The position numbers were made by a program, and so were the translations under genes. The notes under the pieces are model-generated. The model did no database searches and was not told where the DNA came from. It worked only from the letters and a program-made list of their open reading frames with translations. Positions 48,551 to 58,277 of a stretch of DNA of 64,000 nt are shown here, in pieces. Source of the DNA: Candidatus Krumholzibacteriota bacterium (lineage in GTDB: Bacteria; Krumholzibacteriota; Krumholzibacteriia; JAJRXK01); contig JAJDAC010000023.1 of assembly GCA_029262065.1 (NCBI GenBank), positions 3,828 through 67,827 of the forward strand, read 5' to 3'. Positions within the stretch are counted from its first letter, which is position 1. Each line of letters opens with the position of its first letter.

Positions 48551-50260
48551 GTGCTGGCCTCATCCACAGCCCGCTCCGCTTTGTTGGTGGTCGCGGTGGC
48601 GACCGCGGTCCGGATCTTCGTGGCCATCGACGCGCAAGACGCTCCCTTCTGGAGCGTGCCCGTGGTCGACGAAGTAACCTACCTAAGACTTGCCGAGAGC
48701 ATGGTCAACGGCGTGGCGCCGCCGCATGGCGCGTACTACGTGGCGCCGGGCTACGCGTACTTCCTGGCGGGCGTGTTGAAGGCCGGTGGCCAGGTTCCGT
48801 TCGTCAAAGCCTTGCAGTTGATTCTGGGCGTAGCCAACTCACTTCTCATCTTCTTGCTGGCACGGCGATACTTCTCGCGCCCGGTGGCGGTAGCCGCGGC
48901 ATTGCTGTGGTGCCTGCACCCGGTGGCTCTGTTGCACGAACTGTTGCTGCTCAAACCCACCATCACTGTGTTTCTGGCGCTTCTGGGTCTGGTTCTCACC
49001 GGCGGGCGTACGTGGGTTCACTGGGCCGGTGTGGGCTTGGCGTTCGGCGCGGCCGCGCTGTTTCGGGGCGAAATGTTGGTAGTGGGGGCCTGCTTGCTCA
49101 CGGCGGGGGTCGGGGCGCGCCTTCGCGGCTGGCCGGGCGCTCCATCGTGGCCATCCACGGTCGCTGGCGCGCTGGCGTTGGCCGCGGTGGTGGCCTTGCC
49201 CACCGTCCAGAATCTGGCAAACGGTGGAGGTCCCGTGATCATCGCCTTTGGCGGTGGCTCAAATTTCTACATCGGTAACAACCCCCGGGCCGACGGTAGC
49301 TACATTCCGCTGCGGCCCGACCGAAGCGATGCGTTGTTCGAAGCCAATGACGCGGTGGCGCTGGCTCGTCAGGGCGCCGGACAGCCGCTGAACGCATCGG
49401 CTGTCTCGCGCTGGTGGACCCTGCAAGGCTTGAACTGGTGGAAGGAACAGCCCGCGGACGCGATCGTCCTCACCCTGAAGAAGTCGTTGTTGGTGTGGGG
49501 CTGGTGGGAGGGTAACGATGTCATGTCGGCAAACATCGCTTCACGCTGGGTCGCCGCTCTGAAACTGCGCGTAGTGCGGGCGGGCTGGATCTTGCCCTTG
49601 GCTCTGGTTGGGGTATTCGTTCTGCGGGCTCGCCGGGAACTGTGGCCGTTGTGGGTGTTTCTTGTGGCCACTCACCTTGCCCTGGTTCCGTTCTTCATGT
49701 TCGAACGATTTCGATTGCCGCTTACCGCGGTGGCGTTGCCTTTGGCCGTCGCCGCGCTGCATTGGATCTTCGTGCAGGCAAGGGCCAACCGTATCGGTCC
49801 GACGCTGGCGGGGCTGGGCGCGGCGTTGGCATTGGTGTTGGGCCTGGCGTTGCCGAGCGTATCGCGCAACGAGCAGATCCTACGCGTGAACGTAGGCGGC
49901 ATGCTGCTGCAGCAGGGGCGGTTTCAGGAGGCATTGGACGAATTCATGATCGTGCGTCGCGAGGCGCCCGAAGCGAAACGCATCGAGATCAACCTGGCCA
50001 ACACCTACATGCAGCTGGGTCGCAACGACGAGGCATTGCGGTCCCTGAGAACGGCGTTGCAGTACCTGTACGCCGAGGGTCAGGCCACTGGACAACCCGC
50101 GGTAGAGGAAATTGTCTACTGCCACGAACTCGCCGGTGATCTGCAGCACTCGACGGGCCAGGGGGTTCTGGCGGCCAAACAATACGAGCAAGCACTGCGA
50201 TATCAGCCCCAGAACGCTCGTTTGCGTCAAAAACTGTCCGCCGTACGCGGCCGTCCTTGA
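48551..50260 (+). CDS. GT-C (ArnT/PMT family 39-like) membrane glycosyltransferase with C-terminal TPR
   Basis: PVVDEVTY, APGYAYFLA, NFYIGNNPRADG, ERFRLP, TPR-like helices at the C-terminus. Confidence 0.8.
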   Translation: MLASSTARSALLVVAVATAVRIFVAIDAQDAPFWSVPVVDEVTYLRLAESMVNGVAPPHGAYYVAPGYAYFLAGVLKAGGQVPFVKALQLILGVANSLLIFLLARRYFSRPVAVAAALLWCLHPVALLHELLLLKPTITVFLALLGLVLTGGRTWVHWAGVGLAFGAAALFRGEMLVVGACLLTAGVGARLRGWPGAPSWPSTVAGALALAAVVALPTVQNLANGGGPVIIAFGGGSNFYIGNNPRADGSYIPLRPDRSDALFEANDAVALARQGAGQPLNASAVSRWWTLQGLNWWKEQPADAIVLTLKKSLLVWGWWEGNDVMSANIASRWVAALKLRVVRAGWILPLALVGVFVLRARRELWPLWVFLVATHLALVPFFMFERFRLPLTAVALPLAVAALHWIFVQARANRIGPTLAGLGAALALVLGLALPSVSRNEQILRVNVGGMLLQQGRFQEALDEFMIVRREAPEAKRIEINLANTYMQLGRNDEALRSLRTALQYLYAEGQATGQPAVEEIVYCHELAGDLQHSTGQGVLAAKQYEQALRYQPQNARLRQKLSAVRGRP

Positions 50261-50293
50261 ACCGCGCGGTTGGCGGCGGATATCCTTGTACAC

Positions 50294-52792
50294 ATGATTC
50301 TCCGCCTAGCTTCAGTCGCCTTGCTCGTGGCGATGGCCGCCGTGCCCGTGCAGGCTCGTACGTGGTACGGAGGCGGACCGGCCGGCGGATGGATCACCGA
50401 CCTTCTGCGTCCCACCGGTCCCACCGGATTCGTCTACGCGGCGACCTGGTTCGGCGGCGTATTCCGTAGCGGTGACAATGGCGCCACGTGGCAGGACTTC
50501 ACCGGTGACCTCGATGGCGTCCTGGTTTGGGATCTCGCATTCGCGTTCGATGGCACCTCGAGTCCGGCGGTGTTCGCGGCCACCGAGGACCGGGGCGTGT
50601 TCCGGGCTTTCGCCGGTCAGCCATGGGAAGCTGTGAATCGCGGCATCAGCACGCCCGACCCCGTGCCCGCCCGGGCACTTCAGATCCATCCGCACGACAT
50701 CGATGTAGTTACGGTGGCCACCAGCAACGGTATCTACACCAGCAACAACGGCGGTACGGACTGGCCCGATTCGTTGCATTGGTTACCGGGGTTCTCATTC
50801 AGCGACGTGGAAGTGTCGCCTCTGGCGCCCGTTACCATCTACGCCATGCAGAGTCAGGACCTGTATGTGAGCCCCGACAAGGGTCGCCGGTTCGACAAGT
50901 TGGGCGTTGAACAAGGTCTGCCGCCCAACGCCCTCTGGGTGGATGTGGAATTATTCGCAGCCAGTCTCGACACCATCATGGTGGCGTCGACGGCCCGCGG
51001 TGTATACGCGAGCGTTGATGCCGGCGAGAACTTCGCATACATCGGTCCCGCGCTCGAGAGCGAGCGCAACGGCATCATTCGGAGCATGACCACCGACGAT
51101 GAAAATGGCGCGTTGATTCTGGCCAGCGAAGACGGCGTGTTCAAGACGTACGACCTGGGCGATACCTGGGAAACGCTGATCAGTGGACTGGGCGTGGCCG
51201 CGCCACAGGTTTACGACGTTCTGGTTGACGACGCGGCGGACCAGACGCTGTTACTGGGAACGTTTCGTCACGGTGTGGTGCGCACCGGCCCGGGGGGGCA
51301 CGGTTGGCAGGAACAGAACCAGGGCCTGAACGCTTCGTTGAGTCGCGCGCTGCATGTACAAGGCGACGACGTGCTCGTGGGCACGGCCCACGGCGGTCTG
51401 TATCACAGCCAGGACGCCGCGAACAGCTGGCTCGACGTACGCGGCAACCTCGACGCCATCCAGATCAAGGACGTACACCGGTTCGTGTCGAGCGGCCGCT
51501 GGCTCGTGGCCTCCAGCGACGGCGTCTGGTTGAGCGACGATCAGGGTGATACCTGGCGAATGCCCACGATCCCGCCGGTCGAAACCAATGCCAACCGGTT
51601 CGTGGCACATGATGACCTGGGTGACACGGGCGTGTTCGTGGGTACGATTGCCGGCGTCTACAAATCGAACGACCAGGGTGACGTGTGGTCGCTGGTCACC
51701 GGCGTTCCCGCTACGCAGAACTACCTGGCCTTGGAATACGATCTTCAGACGCAGCAACTGTGGATCGGCGGCCTGAACGACGCGTTCTACGTGGGTCCGC
51801 CGCAGGGACCGTTCGAACGATTCGTGCCGCCACCGGGGGTGAGCCGGGCGATGTTCGATTTCGCCTTTCCGGGCACCGGAGCCATCGTGGCCTCGGGCAG
51901 CGATCTGTATCACCTGATTCCCGAACCCGGCGGTTATCAGGTGGTGTCCCTGGGTAACGGTCTTCCGTTTGGTGGTTTCGAGTCGGGTCCGGCGGTGAAG
52001 CAGGTCGAATACGACGCGCTGCGCGATCGCCTGTTCGTGGGGCTGAGTGAACGCGGCGTGTTCGAGGGGTCGGTCGTGGGTGGTCCGTGGGTAGCGCACG
52101 ACAGCGGATTGCGCGTACCGCGTATTGAACGACTGGTGTACTCCGAGGAATCGCAATTGTTGTACGCGGCCACGTTTGGCGGCGGTGTGTTTGCCCTGGA
52201 CGCGAGCGTTGGTGTGGCCGTACTCATGGGGGCTTTCGAGGCACGGTTGCGCAGCAGTTCCAACTGGGTGGACCTGACGTTCGAGTTGTTCGAAATGGCC
52301 TCGGTGGAAATCCTGCGATCGGTGGATGGCGGCCCTTTTGATCGCGTCTGGTACGGCTCCGCGATTTCGGCCGGCAGCCATACCGCCACCGATCAGCCAA
52401 CCGGTGCCGACCGATTCGTCGAATACCAATTGGTGGCTCGTTTCGACGAGGAAGTTGGTCAAGGCCAGGAAATCCGGCGGGGTGCACGCGTGCAGGTGCA
52501 GGGCCCGGCCCAGCTGTCGTTCAAGCTGGGTCCCAATTGGCCGAATCCGTTCAATCCTCGCACCACGATTCCGGTGGAACTCGTGGCCGCTTCGGATGTG
52601 CAACTGGAAGTCATCGATGTGCGCGGGCGCCGCGTTGCTCGGCTTTTTCGCGGGGTTCTGGAGCCCGGGCGCCACGAGTTCGTGTGGAACGGCAACGACG
52701 AGCGCGACATGCCGCTGCCCTCGGGCGTGTACCAGATCCGGCTTCGTGCCGGGCAGCATGTTCGCACCCATTCCATGACGCTGCTACGTTAG
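50294..52792 (+). CDS. exported BNR/Asp-box beta-propeller protein with FlgD-Ig/T9SS-like C-terminal domain
   Basis: Repeated SxDxGxTW boxes; signal peptide; NWPNPFNPRT...WNGNDE...SGVY. Confidence 0.88.
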   Translation: MILRLASVALLVAMAAVPVQARTWYGGGPAGGWITDLLRPTGPTGFVYAATWFGGVFRSGDNGATWQDFTGDLDGVLVWDLAFAFDGTSSPAVFAATEDRGVFRAFAGQPWEAVNRGISTPDPVPARALQIHPHDIDVVTVATSNGIYTSNNGGTDWPDSLHWLPGFSFSDVEVSPLAPVTIYAMQSQDLYVSPDKGRRFDKLGVEQGLPPNALWVDVELFAASLDTIMVASTARGVYASVDAGENFAYIGPALESERNGIIRSMTTDDENGALILASEDGVFKTYDLGDTWETLISGLGVAAPQVYDVLVDDAADQTLLLGTFRHGVVRTGPGGHGWQEQNQGLNASLSRALHVQGDDVLVGTAHGGLYHSQDAANSWLDVRGNLDAIQIKDVHRFVSSGRWLVASSDGVWLSDDQGDTWRMPTIPPVETNANRFVAHDDLGDTGVFVGTIAGVYKSNDQGDVWSLVTGVPATQNYLALEYDLQTQQLWIGGLNDAFYVGPPQGPFERFVPPPGVSRAMFDFAFPGTGAIVASGSDLYHLIPEPGGYQVVSLGNGLPFGGFESGPAVKQVEYDALRDRLFVGLSERGVFEGSVVGGPWVAHDSGLRVPRIERLVYSEESQLLYAATFGGGVFALDASVGVAVLMGAFEARLRSSSNWVDLTFELFEMASVEILRSVDGGPFDRVWYGSAISAGSHTATDQPTGADRFVEYQLVARFDEEVGQGQEIRRGARVQVQGPAQLSFKLGPNWPNPFNPRTTIPVELVAASDVQLEVIDVRGRRVARLFRGVLEPGRHEFVWNGNDERDMPLPSGVYQIRLRAGQHVRTHSMTLLR

Positions 52793-52834
52793 ACGTCTTC
52801 TGCTTTCCAATTCAAGAATCAGGTCAGGTTGGGC

Positions 52835-54130
52835 ATGCGTAGGTTTTCGTGGTTGATACCGTGGACGTTGGCGCTCGGTAGCGTTCAGTTGGTGGCGTGT
52901 GGCGACTCCATACCGGAATCGTTGGAATCGCCGGTGGTGGTCATTGGCGTTGATAGCGCCGATTGGGTTTGGATCGACCAGCACGTCGCCGCCGGGGCGA
53001 TGCCCAACATCAAGCGGCTGTACGAAGGCGGGGTGCGGGCCAACCTGGCCAGCCTGCAACCGCCGTCGAAATCGCCCACCATCTGGACTTCCATCGCCAC
53101 CGGTAAGCGACCGGTGAAGCACGGCATAGCCGGGTTCATCGACAATAGCGGACGTCCCGAAAATCAGTCGGGCCGGGCGGCGGCTACGTACTGGGAAATC
53201 CTGGGCGGTCTGGGGCAGCCGCAGGCGGTCATTGGTTGGTGGGTGACCCACCCGGCCACGCGGGTGAACGGCGCGTTGGTAAGCGACTACGTGCAGTACT
53301 ACGATGGTCGTGGCAAGCAGCTACCCAACGCTACGTATCCGCCCGAACTGGCCGACGAGTTGAACGACCTGCGGGTGGATCCCGACACCATCACGTTCGA
53401 TGATCTCGCGCGGTTCCTGGACCCGGCGATCGCCCACGCTCACGCCGAAGAGGCCGAGAAGGTACTGGGCGAATTGAAGTGGATCTACGCGGCTGACGAG
53501 ACGTTTCGCCGCATTGCCAAACACATGTATTCGCCGGGAAAGTACGACGTGTTCACGGTGTACTTCCGCGGGCTCGATGCCGTGAGTCACGCCTACTGGC
53601 GTTACTACAAGCCGGGCAGCGTGCACCTGATGGCCGACCCGTGGCTGCGGGAAATGTTGGCTGACCTTATTCCGCGCTACCACGCCTACGTGGACGAGTT
53701 GTTGGGTGAGATTCTTGGCTACATCGATCCGCAGAGTCGGGTGTTGTTGTGTAGTGATCATGGATTCGTGGGTCATGTGTCCACCAAGCGTGGCCCCAGT
53801 CTGGGCGTGGGCATGCATCGAGATGATGGCATCCTGGTCATGAACGGCCCCGGTATTCGCAAGGCGGCCACCCTCGATCGCGCGGGGGTAAAAGACATCA
53901 TGCCCACGCTGTTGGCCATGCGAGGCATTCCTCCATCACGGGATCTCGACGGGCATCTTCTGGGCGATGCGTTCGAACCAGCTGTGCAGAAGTGGTTCGA
54001 TGCACTCCTGGCCGACGCGGTGCCCAGCTACGATGCATTCCTGGTGCGCGCTGACGACGGTGGCCAAGCCGATTCCCAGGTGGAAGACGAGATTCTTGAG
54101 CGCCTGCGTAGCCTGGGCTATATAGACTGA
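52835..54130 (+). CDS. alkaline phosphatase superfamily (nucleotide pyrophosphatase/phosphodiesterase-like) lipoprotein
   Basis: Lipobox LVAC; VIGVDSADW, SPTIWTSIATG, DAVSH, SDHGF, C-terminal RLRSLGYID. Confidence 0.88.
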   Translation: MRRFSWLIPWTLALGSVQLVACGDSIPESLESPVVVIGVDSADWVWIDQHVAAGAMPNIKRLYEGGVRANLASLQPPSKSPTIWTSIATGKRPVKHGIAGFIDNSGRPENQSGRAAATYWEILGGLGQPQAVIGWWVTHPATRVNGALVSDYVQYYDGRGKQLPNATYPPELADELNDLRVDPDTITFDDLARFLDPAIAHAHAEEAEKVLGELKWIYAADETFRRIAKHMYSPGKYDVFTVYFRGLDAVSHAYWRYYKPGSVHLMADPWLREMLADLIPRYHAYVDELLGEILGYIDPQSRVLLCSDHGFVGHVSTKRGPSLGVGMHRDDGILVMNGPGIRKAATLDRAGVKDIMPTLLAMRGIPPSRDLDGHLLGDAFEPAVQKWFDALLADAVPSYDAFLVRADDGGQADSQVEDEILERLRSLGYID

Positions 54131-54197
54131 TGGCCTTGCTTGACCCCGTGCGGCGGGCCTATTTTGAACGTGATGTCCCTCTACCCGGATTGGTCCC

Positions 54198-54803
54198 ATG
54201 AAGCTACGCCTTTTCTTTGCCTGCCTGTTCGGTTGGAGCTTCGCGCTGGGAATGGTGTTTCCTGGTTCGCTTGGCGCCCAGCGGGCGGTGGTGGAGGAAC
54301 CATGGCAGGGGTGGCACGGGCCCCCAGCCGACGGCGCATACGGTGTGCGCTTTGGGATGGATCGGTTCATGGTGGGTGAGATCCTGGTGTCCAAGGGACT
54401 CAAGGCGCGCGGATCGCGATCGGGCACGCAGCGTTACGCGGGCAAGATCGGCGGTCGTCCGGCCGAGCTTGTGGCCGAATTCCACGACGACGCCGCGGGA
54501 GGTCTGGGCGGACGCCTCATGCGCATTCAGATCAGATGGAAGGAATTGGGTGGCGGTGCCGGGCGTGCCCTGGCGTTGTTCCATTCTCACGCCGAACGTC
54601 TTGCCAAAAACTACGGAGCGCCGATGGTCGAACAGGACACCAACGCCAGCGAGCTCGAGACCGGTCGCGGCGTGGCCAAGCGGTTGTTCCGTGGCGTGGA
54701 GGCGCAGACCGTGTTGGAGTTGAAAGCGTCGCGCCCGCGTCGCTACGACCTGACCATTCTCATCGATTCACCGCAGATCCACCCGGATCTGGCGGGGCGC
54801 TGA
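54198..54803 (+). CDS. exported hypothetical protein
   Basis: Signal-peptide-like N-terminus; YGVRFGM motif. Confidence 0.65.
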   Translation: MKLRLFFACLFGWSFALGMVFPGSLGAQRAVVEEPWQGWHGPPADGAYGVRFGMDRFMVGEILVSKGLKARGSRSGTQRYAGKIGGRPAELVAEFHDDAAGGLGGRLMRIQIRWKELGGGAGRALALFHSHAERLAKNYGAPMVEQDTNASELETGRGVAKRLFRGVEAQTVLELKASRPRRYDLTILIDSPQIHPDLAGR

Positions 54804-54827
54804 CGAAGCCGATTTTCTTTGCTTGGG

Positions 54828-54866
54828 AAAAAGCGGCGACCCCGGTCGGCAAGGTGACCGGGGTCG
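54828..54866 (-). terminator. intrinsic terminator hairpin, U-tract on the - strand
   Basis: Perfect 11-bp stem CGACCCCGGTC/GACCGGGGTCG (54837-47/54856-66); A5 at 54828-32 on + gives U5 on -. Confidence 0.7.
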
Positions 54867-54930
54867 TGGCGAGAAACCGCTTTGTCGACCGAATGGCGGC
54901 ATGGGGTGAGCTTTGGGCCACTCGGGACAA
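54828..54930 (-). ncRNA. candidate ~100-nt small RNA
   Basis: TTGACT-N18-TATGAT promoter at 54965-54936 (-), internal stem CGAGTGGC/GCCATTCG, ends in the terminator. Confidence 0.45.
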
Positions 54931-54990
54931 CTCGGATCATAGCGATTCCGTGACCTTCAAGTCAAGTCTCTCGCCGCGACCCCGGTTGCT

Positions 54991-55935
54991 CTAGGGATCA
55001 CGGGGCAGGACGGTCAATCCAATCGAATCGACAGAAGCCGACCCGAACAGGCCGATTCCGCCCTCTACGTGAAACAAGGGCCGATCGAAGCCGTCGCCCG
55101 TGTTGCCTCCGACCGTGAAGCCAGCCTCTGCCTCTGGAAGTGATCGCACCAGGTCGAACCAGTTTCGGTCGACCGAGTACACGTAGAATTTGTAGCGACC
55201 GGCGAAATAGATGGCCAACCAGGGCAGTCGAATCTCACCCTCTTCGGCGACGAACATGGGTGAACTGATAATGCGATCGAGATCATCAAAGTCTTCCTCA
55301 TCGAAGAACTCGGGGTCGATCACGAAGTCTGAGTCGAGGTCAAGGCTGAAAAGCCCCACCTCGTAGGCAATCTGGCGCGGGTCGGACAGGTCGCGGGCAA
55401 AGCGTGCCTCGAGCAGTCCGTCGGAGTACACCACCTGGTTGTCTTCGTAGACCTGGTCGCCTACGTCTTCGAAGTGGGTGAACTCACCCACCACCTCGGT
55501 CCCGTCGTCGTTCAGCACCAGCCAATCGATAGCACCAACGCGGGGTGGCGTCCGCGTGCGCGCGGTGATCAGTTCGTCGTCGGCGGTCAGCACGCGCAAT
55601 TCGTACATGGTGTCGGGCATCACGAGCGCGGCCGGGTCACCGGGCACGTACACGCCGCGTTGATCGGGCGACCGCACATAGAACAGCTCCATGCCGTCGC
55701 CAGTGATTCGCACGTCGGCGTTCTCTTCCACCGCAGCCACCGGATCGAACGGTTGGGTCGGGTCGAGCGTGCGGCCCACGCGAATGGCGGGAAATCGGGC
55801 GTCCACGCGTAGCACCGCGTCGACAACCACGACGCCTACTTCATTGGCGTTGAACAGATCGCGTTCGCATCCGGTGCTTGGCACCAGCGACGAAATCCCG
55901 ATCAAGAAGCCCAGGATTCTGGTTCTAGAATTCAA
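54991..55935 (-). CDS. lipoprotein partner of the TonB-dependent receptor (DUF4249-like)
   Basis: Lipobox-like STGC; C-terminal HVEGGIGLFGSAS; overlaps the receptor stop. Confidence 0.8.
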   Translation of the reverse strand: MNSRTRILGFLIGISSLVPSTGCERDLFNANEVGVVVVDAVLRVDARFPAIRVGRTLDPTQPFDPVAAVEENADVRITGDGMELFYVRSPDQRGVYVPGDPAALVMPDTMYELRVLTADDELITARTRTPPRVGAIDWLVLNDDGTEVVGEFTHFEDVGDQVYEDNQVVYSDGLLEARFARDLSDPRQIAYEVGLFSLDLDSDFVIDPEFFDEEDFDDLDRIISSPMFVAEEGEIRLPWLAIYFAGRYKFYVYSVDRNWFDLVRSLPEAEAGFTVGGNTGDGFDRPLFHVEGGIGLFGSASVDSIGLTVLPRDP

Positions 55936-58186
55936 ACTCCACCCCCAGGCTGGGAATCAAGGGCAGCTGCTTGACCACGTCGGGCAGCTGGCCCGGATCG
56001 TTGATGTTGTACTGCACGAACCAATCGTTGCGGTTGCTGTAGGCGTTGAACAGCTGGAATTGCCATCGGGCGGGCAACCCGAACAGGGAGAATTCGCGTC
56101 GGGCGCTGAAGTCCAATCGGTGGTAGGGGAGCAGGCGGGCGCTGTTGCGGGCCGCCGGTAGGTATTCACCGAACTCGGGTACCAGACCCGTCGCGGGGTC
56201 GCGTAGTCCGAAGATGGCCGAGGCCGGTGTGAATGCCTGACCCGTGCCGTACACGAAATTGAATCCGAAATCCCACGCCCCGCGCGACACGCTCATGACG
56301 GCCTTGAAATCGTGGCGGCGATCGTACTTGGGAGCGAACTCGTTGCCTTCGTTCACCTCGGCAAAGGTTCGACGGGTCCAACCCAACGTGTACCCCAACC
56401 AGCCGGTCACGCGTCCCTTTTTCTTCTGGATGAATACTTCGGCTCCGGTCGCGTAGCCCGTACCGCCGGTCAGAAAAATTGTCGTGGCGTCGACCTGACT
56501 CTCATCGACGGGAGCCTCGGTATCGAACAACACCAGGCTCTGCAGGTCGGTGTAGTAGCCCTCGACCGCGGCGGACCAGGTGCCGCCGGCATCCCATTCG
56601 AGTCCCAGCACCGACTGGACCGAGCGGCTGGGATCGGTGGTGTCGTCGATGGGGAGGTAGAAATCGGCCGCGGCAAAGCCCTCCGTGCTCACAAGCTGCA
56701 GGTACTGGTAGTAGAGGCCACCGGCCGCTTTCACCTGCCACTGGTCGTTGATCTTCTGCCGCAACGAAAGCCGCGGCTCGACGAGCCTGCGATTGCCGTC
56801 GTCGAGAAACCGTGCGCGTGCCCCCAGTCGAAGCGTGGTCTCGGGCCGTGGTCGCCAGAGATCTTCCGCGTATACCGAGTATTCCTTGGGCCGGCGATCA
56901 AAGTCGACGTCCACGTCGCGGTTGAAGGATTGCAGGAACTCGAACCGGTACGTCGACGCAGCAACTCCCAGTTTGAGCCGGTGATGCGGTGGTAGCGCCA
57001 CGCTCAAGCTGGCTTGGCCCGAAACGTCGTTGAGTTCGTTCTCGATCGAGATGGGGGTGGTGAGCACCTGAAAGTCGCTGTCGCTGCGGTATCGACTCCA
57101 CGATCCCACGACATTGGCGACCACGCGTTCGCCGATGACGCGGGTCCAGGCGCTGGAAGCGATCGTGTTTCCCCAGGTAAGGTTCAGGAATGTGTCGGGG
57201 TCGGGTTCCACCCTCAGCACATCGTTGCTTCGATACAGCCAGAACTCGAACTTGTTGTTGCCGCGGGGCAGGGTGTACTTCGCATTGCCATCGTAGAAAT
57301 AATAGGAGGGAATTTCCGAATTGTTGCGTCGCAAAGCGTTGAGTATGGGGTCCAGGTACGTGCGGCGTCCTCCCAACGACCAGGTTCCACCGGCCAGAGG
57401 GCCCTCGACCTGCGCGCGCGCGGCGATGGTGCTTATGCCGACGCGGCCCGAAACCTCGTTGGCCGTGTTGCCGCGGCTACGCACGTCGAGTACCGAGCCC
57501 AGCCGGCCCCCGTATTCGGCCGGGTAGGCGCCCTTGAACAGGGTGACCTGATCGACCATGGCGGGGTTGAAGGTGGAGAACAACCCGAACGCGTGCGTCG
57601 GGTTGTAGATCGGCACCTGATCCAGCAACACCAGGTTCTGGTCGGGCCCACCGCCCCGCACATACAGACCGCTGGAAATGTCGGAGGCGGCCTGCACCCC
57701 GGGCAGGAGCTGGAGCGCGCGTATGGGGTCGGCCTCGCCGATGGCGGGGATGGAAGCCAAGTCGTCCGAGGTGAGTTTCACGAAACCGGCCTGGACCTCT
57801 TCCTCCACCTGGTCGCGGTCACCGAATACCACCTGCTCTTCCATTTCGATGGCTTTTACCACCATGCGAACCACGAGCGGCTCGTCCTGCCCCGTCAGGG
57901 CAATGGGTAGGGTGAGGGAGTCGTATCCGATGTAGGAGAACTTCAACTCGTAGCGCCCCGGCGGCAGGTCGGTGACCGTGAATCCCCCGTCGGTCCGGGT
58001 CAGGACGCTCTGATCCACGTTGCCCGTATCGGTGCTGGTTATCGCCACGACACAGAAAGCCAGAGGGGCATTGTCTTCGTCGTCGACGACCACGCCGGCC
58101 AGATTGGCCGCGTGTACATTCGACGACAGTGTGACCAACAGACACGCAATCCAGCCCAGTATGGCCATGCGAACCTTCGGAAACAT
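55925..58186 (-). CDS. TonB-dependent receptor with N-terminal carboxypeptidase-regulatory-like domain
   Basis: GAGGA RBS and ATG at 58186; YELKFSYIGY, LQLLPGV, VRGGGPDQNLVLLD, YGGRLGSVLD, RLLPYHRLD, ends GVEFEF. Confidence 0.93.
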   Translation of the reverse strand: MFPKVRMAILGWIACLLVTLSSNVHAANLAGVVVDDEDNAPLAFCVVAITSTDTGNVDQSVLTRTDGGFTVTDLPPGRYELKFSYIGYDSLTLPIALTGQDEPLVVRMVVKAIEMEEQVVFGDRDQVEEEVQAGFVKLTSDDLASIPAIGEADPIRALQLLPGVQAASDISSGLYVRGGGPDQNLVLLDQVPIYNPTHAFGLFSTFNPAMVDQVTLFKGAYPAEYGGRLGSVLDVRSRGNTANEVSGRVGISTIAARAQVEGPLAGGTWSLGGRRTYLDPILNALRRNNSEIPSYYFYDGNAKYTLPRGNNKFEFWLYRSNDVLRVEPDPDTFLNLTWGNTIASSAWTRVIGERVVANVVGSWSRYRSDSDFQVLTTPISIENELNDVSGQASLSVALPPHHRLKLGVAASTYRFEFLQSFNRDVDVDFDRRPKEYSVYAEDLWRPRPETTLRLGARARFLDDGNRRLVEPRLSLRQKINDQWQVKAAGGLYYQYLQLVSTEGFAAADFYLPIDDTTDPSRSVQSVLGLEWDAGGTWSAAVEGYYTDLQSLVLFDTEAPVDESQVDATTIFLTGGTGYATGAEVFIQKKKGRVTGWLGYTLGWTRRTFAEVNEGNEFAPKYDRRHDFKAVMSVSRGAWDFGFNFVYGTGQAFTPASAIFGLRDPATGLVPEFGEYLPAARNSARLLPYHRLDFSARREFSLFGLPARWQFQLFNAYSNRNDWFVQYNINDPGQLPDVVKQLPLIPSLGVEFEF

Positions 58187-58277
58187 CGAATCCTCGTTGC
58201 TGGCGGGGGTTTGTCGATCTACCATCGGGCCTCGCCCCGTTCCTTGCATGTGGCCTGCCAGGCAGAAGTCCGGATCC

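Noticed and set aside
54857..54986. Retron msr-msd suggested by the flanking inverted repeats
   Set aside because: No reverse transcriptase in the window.
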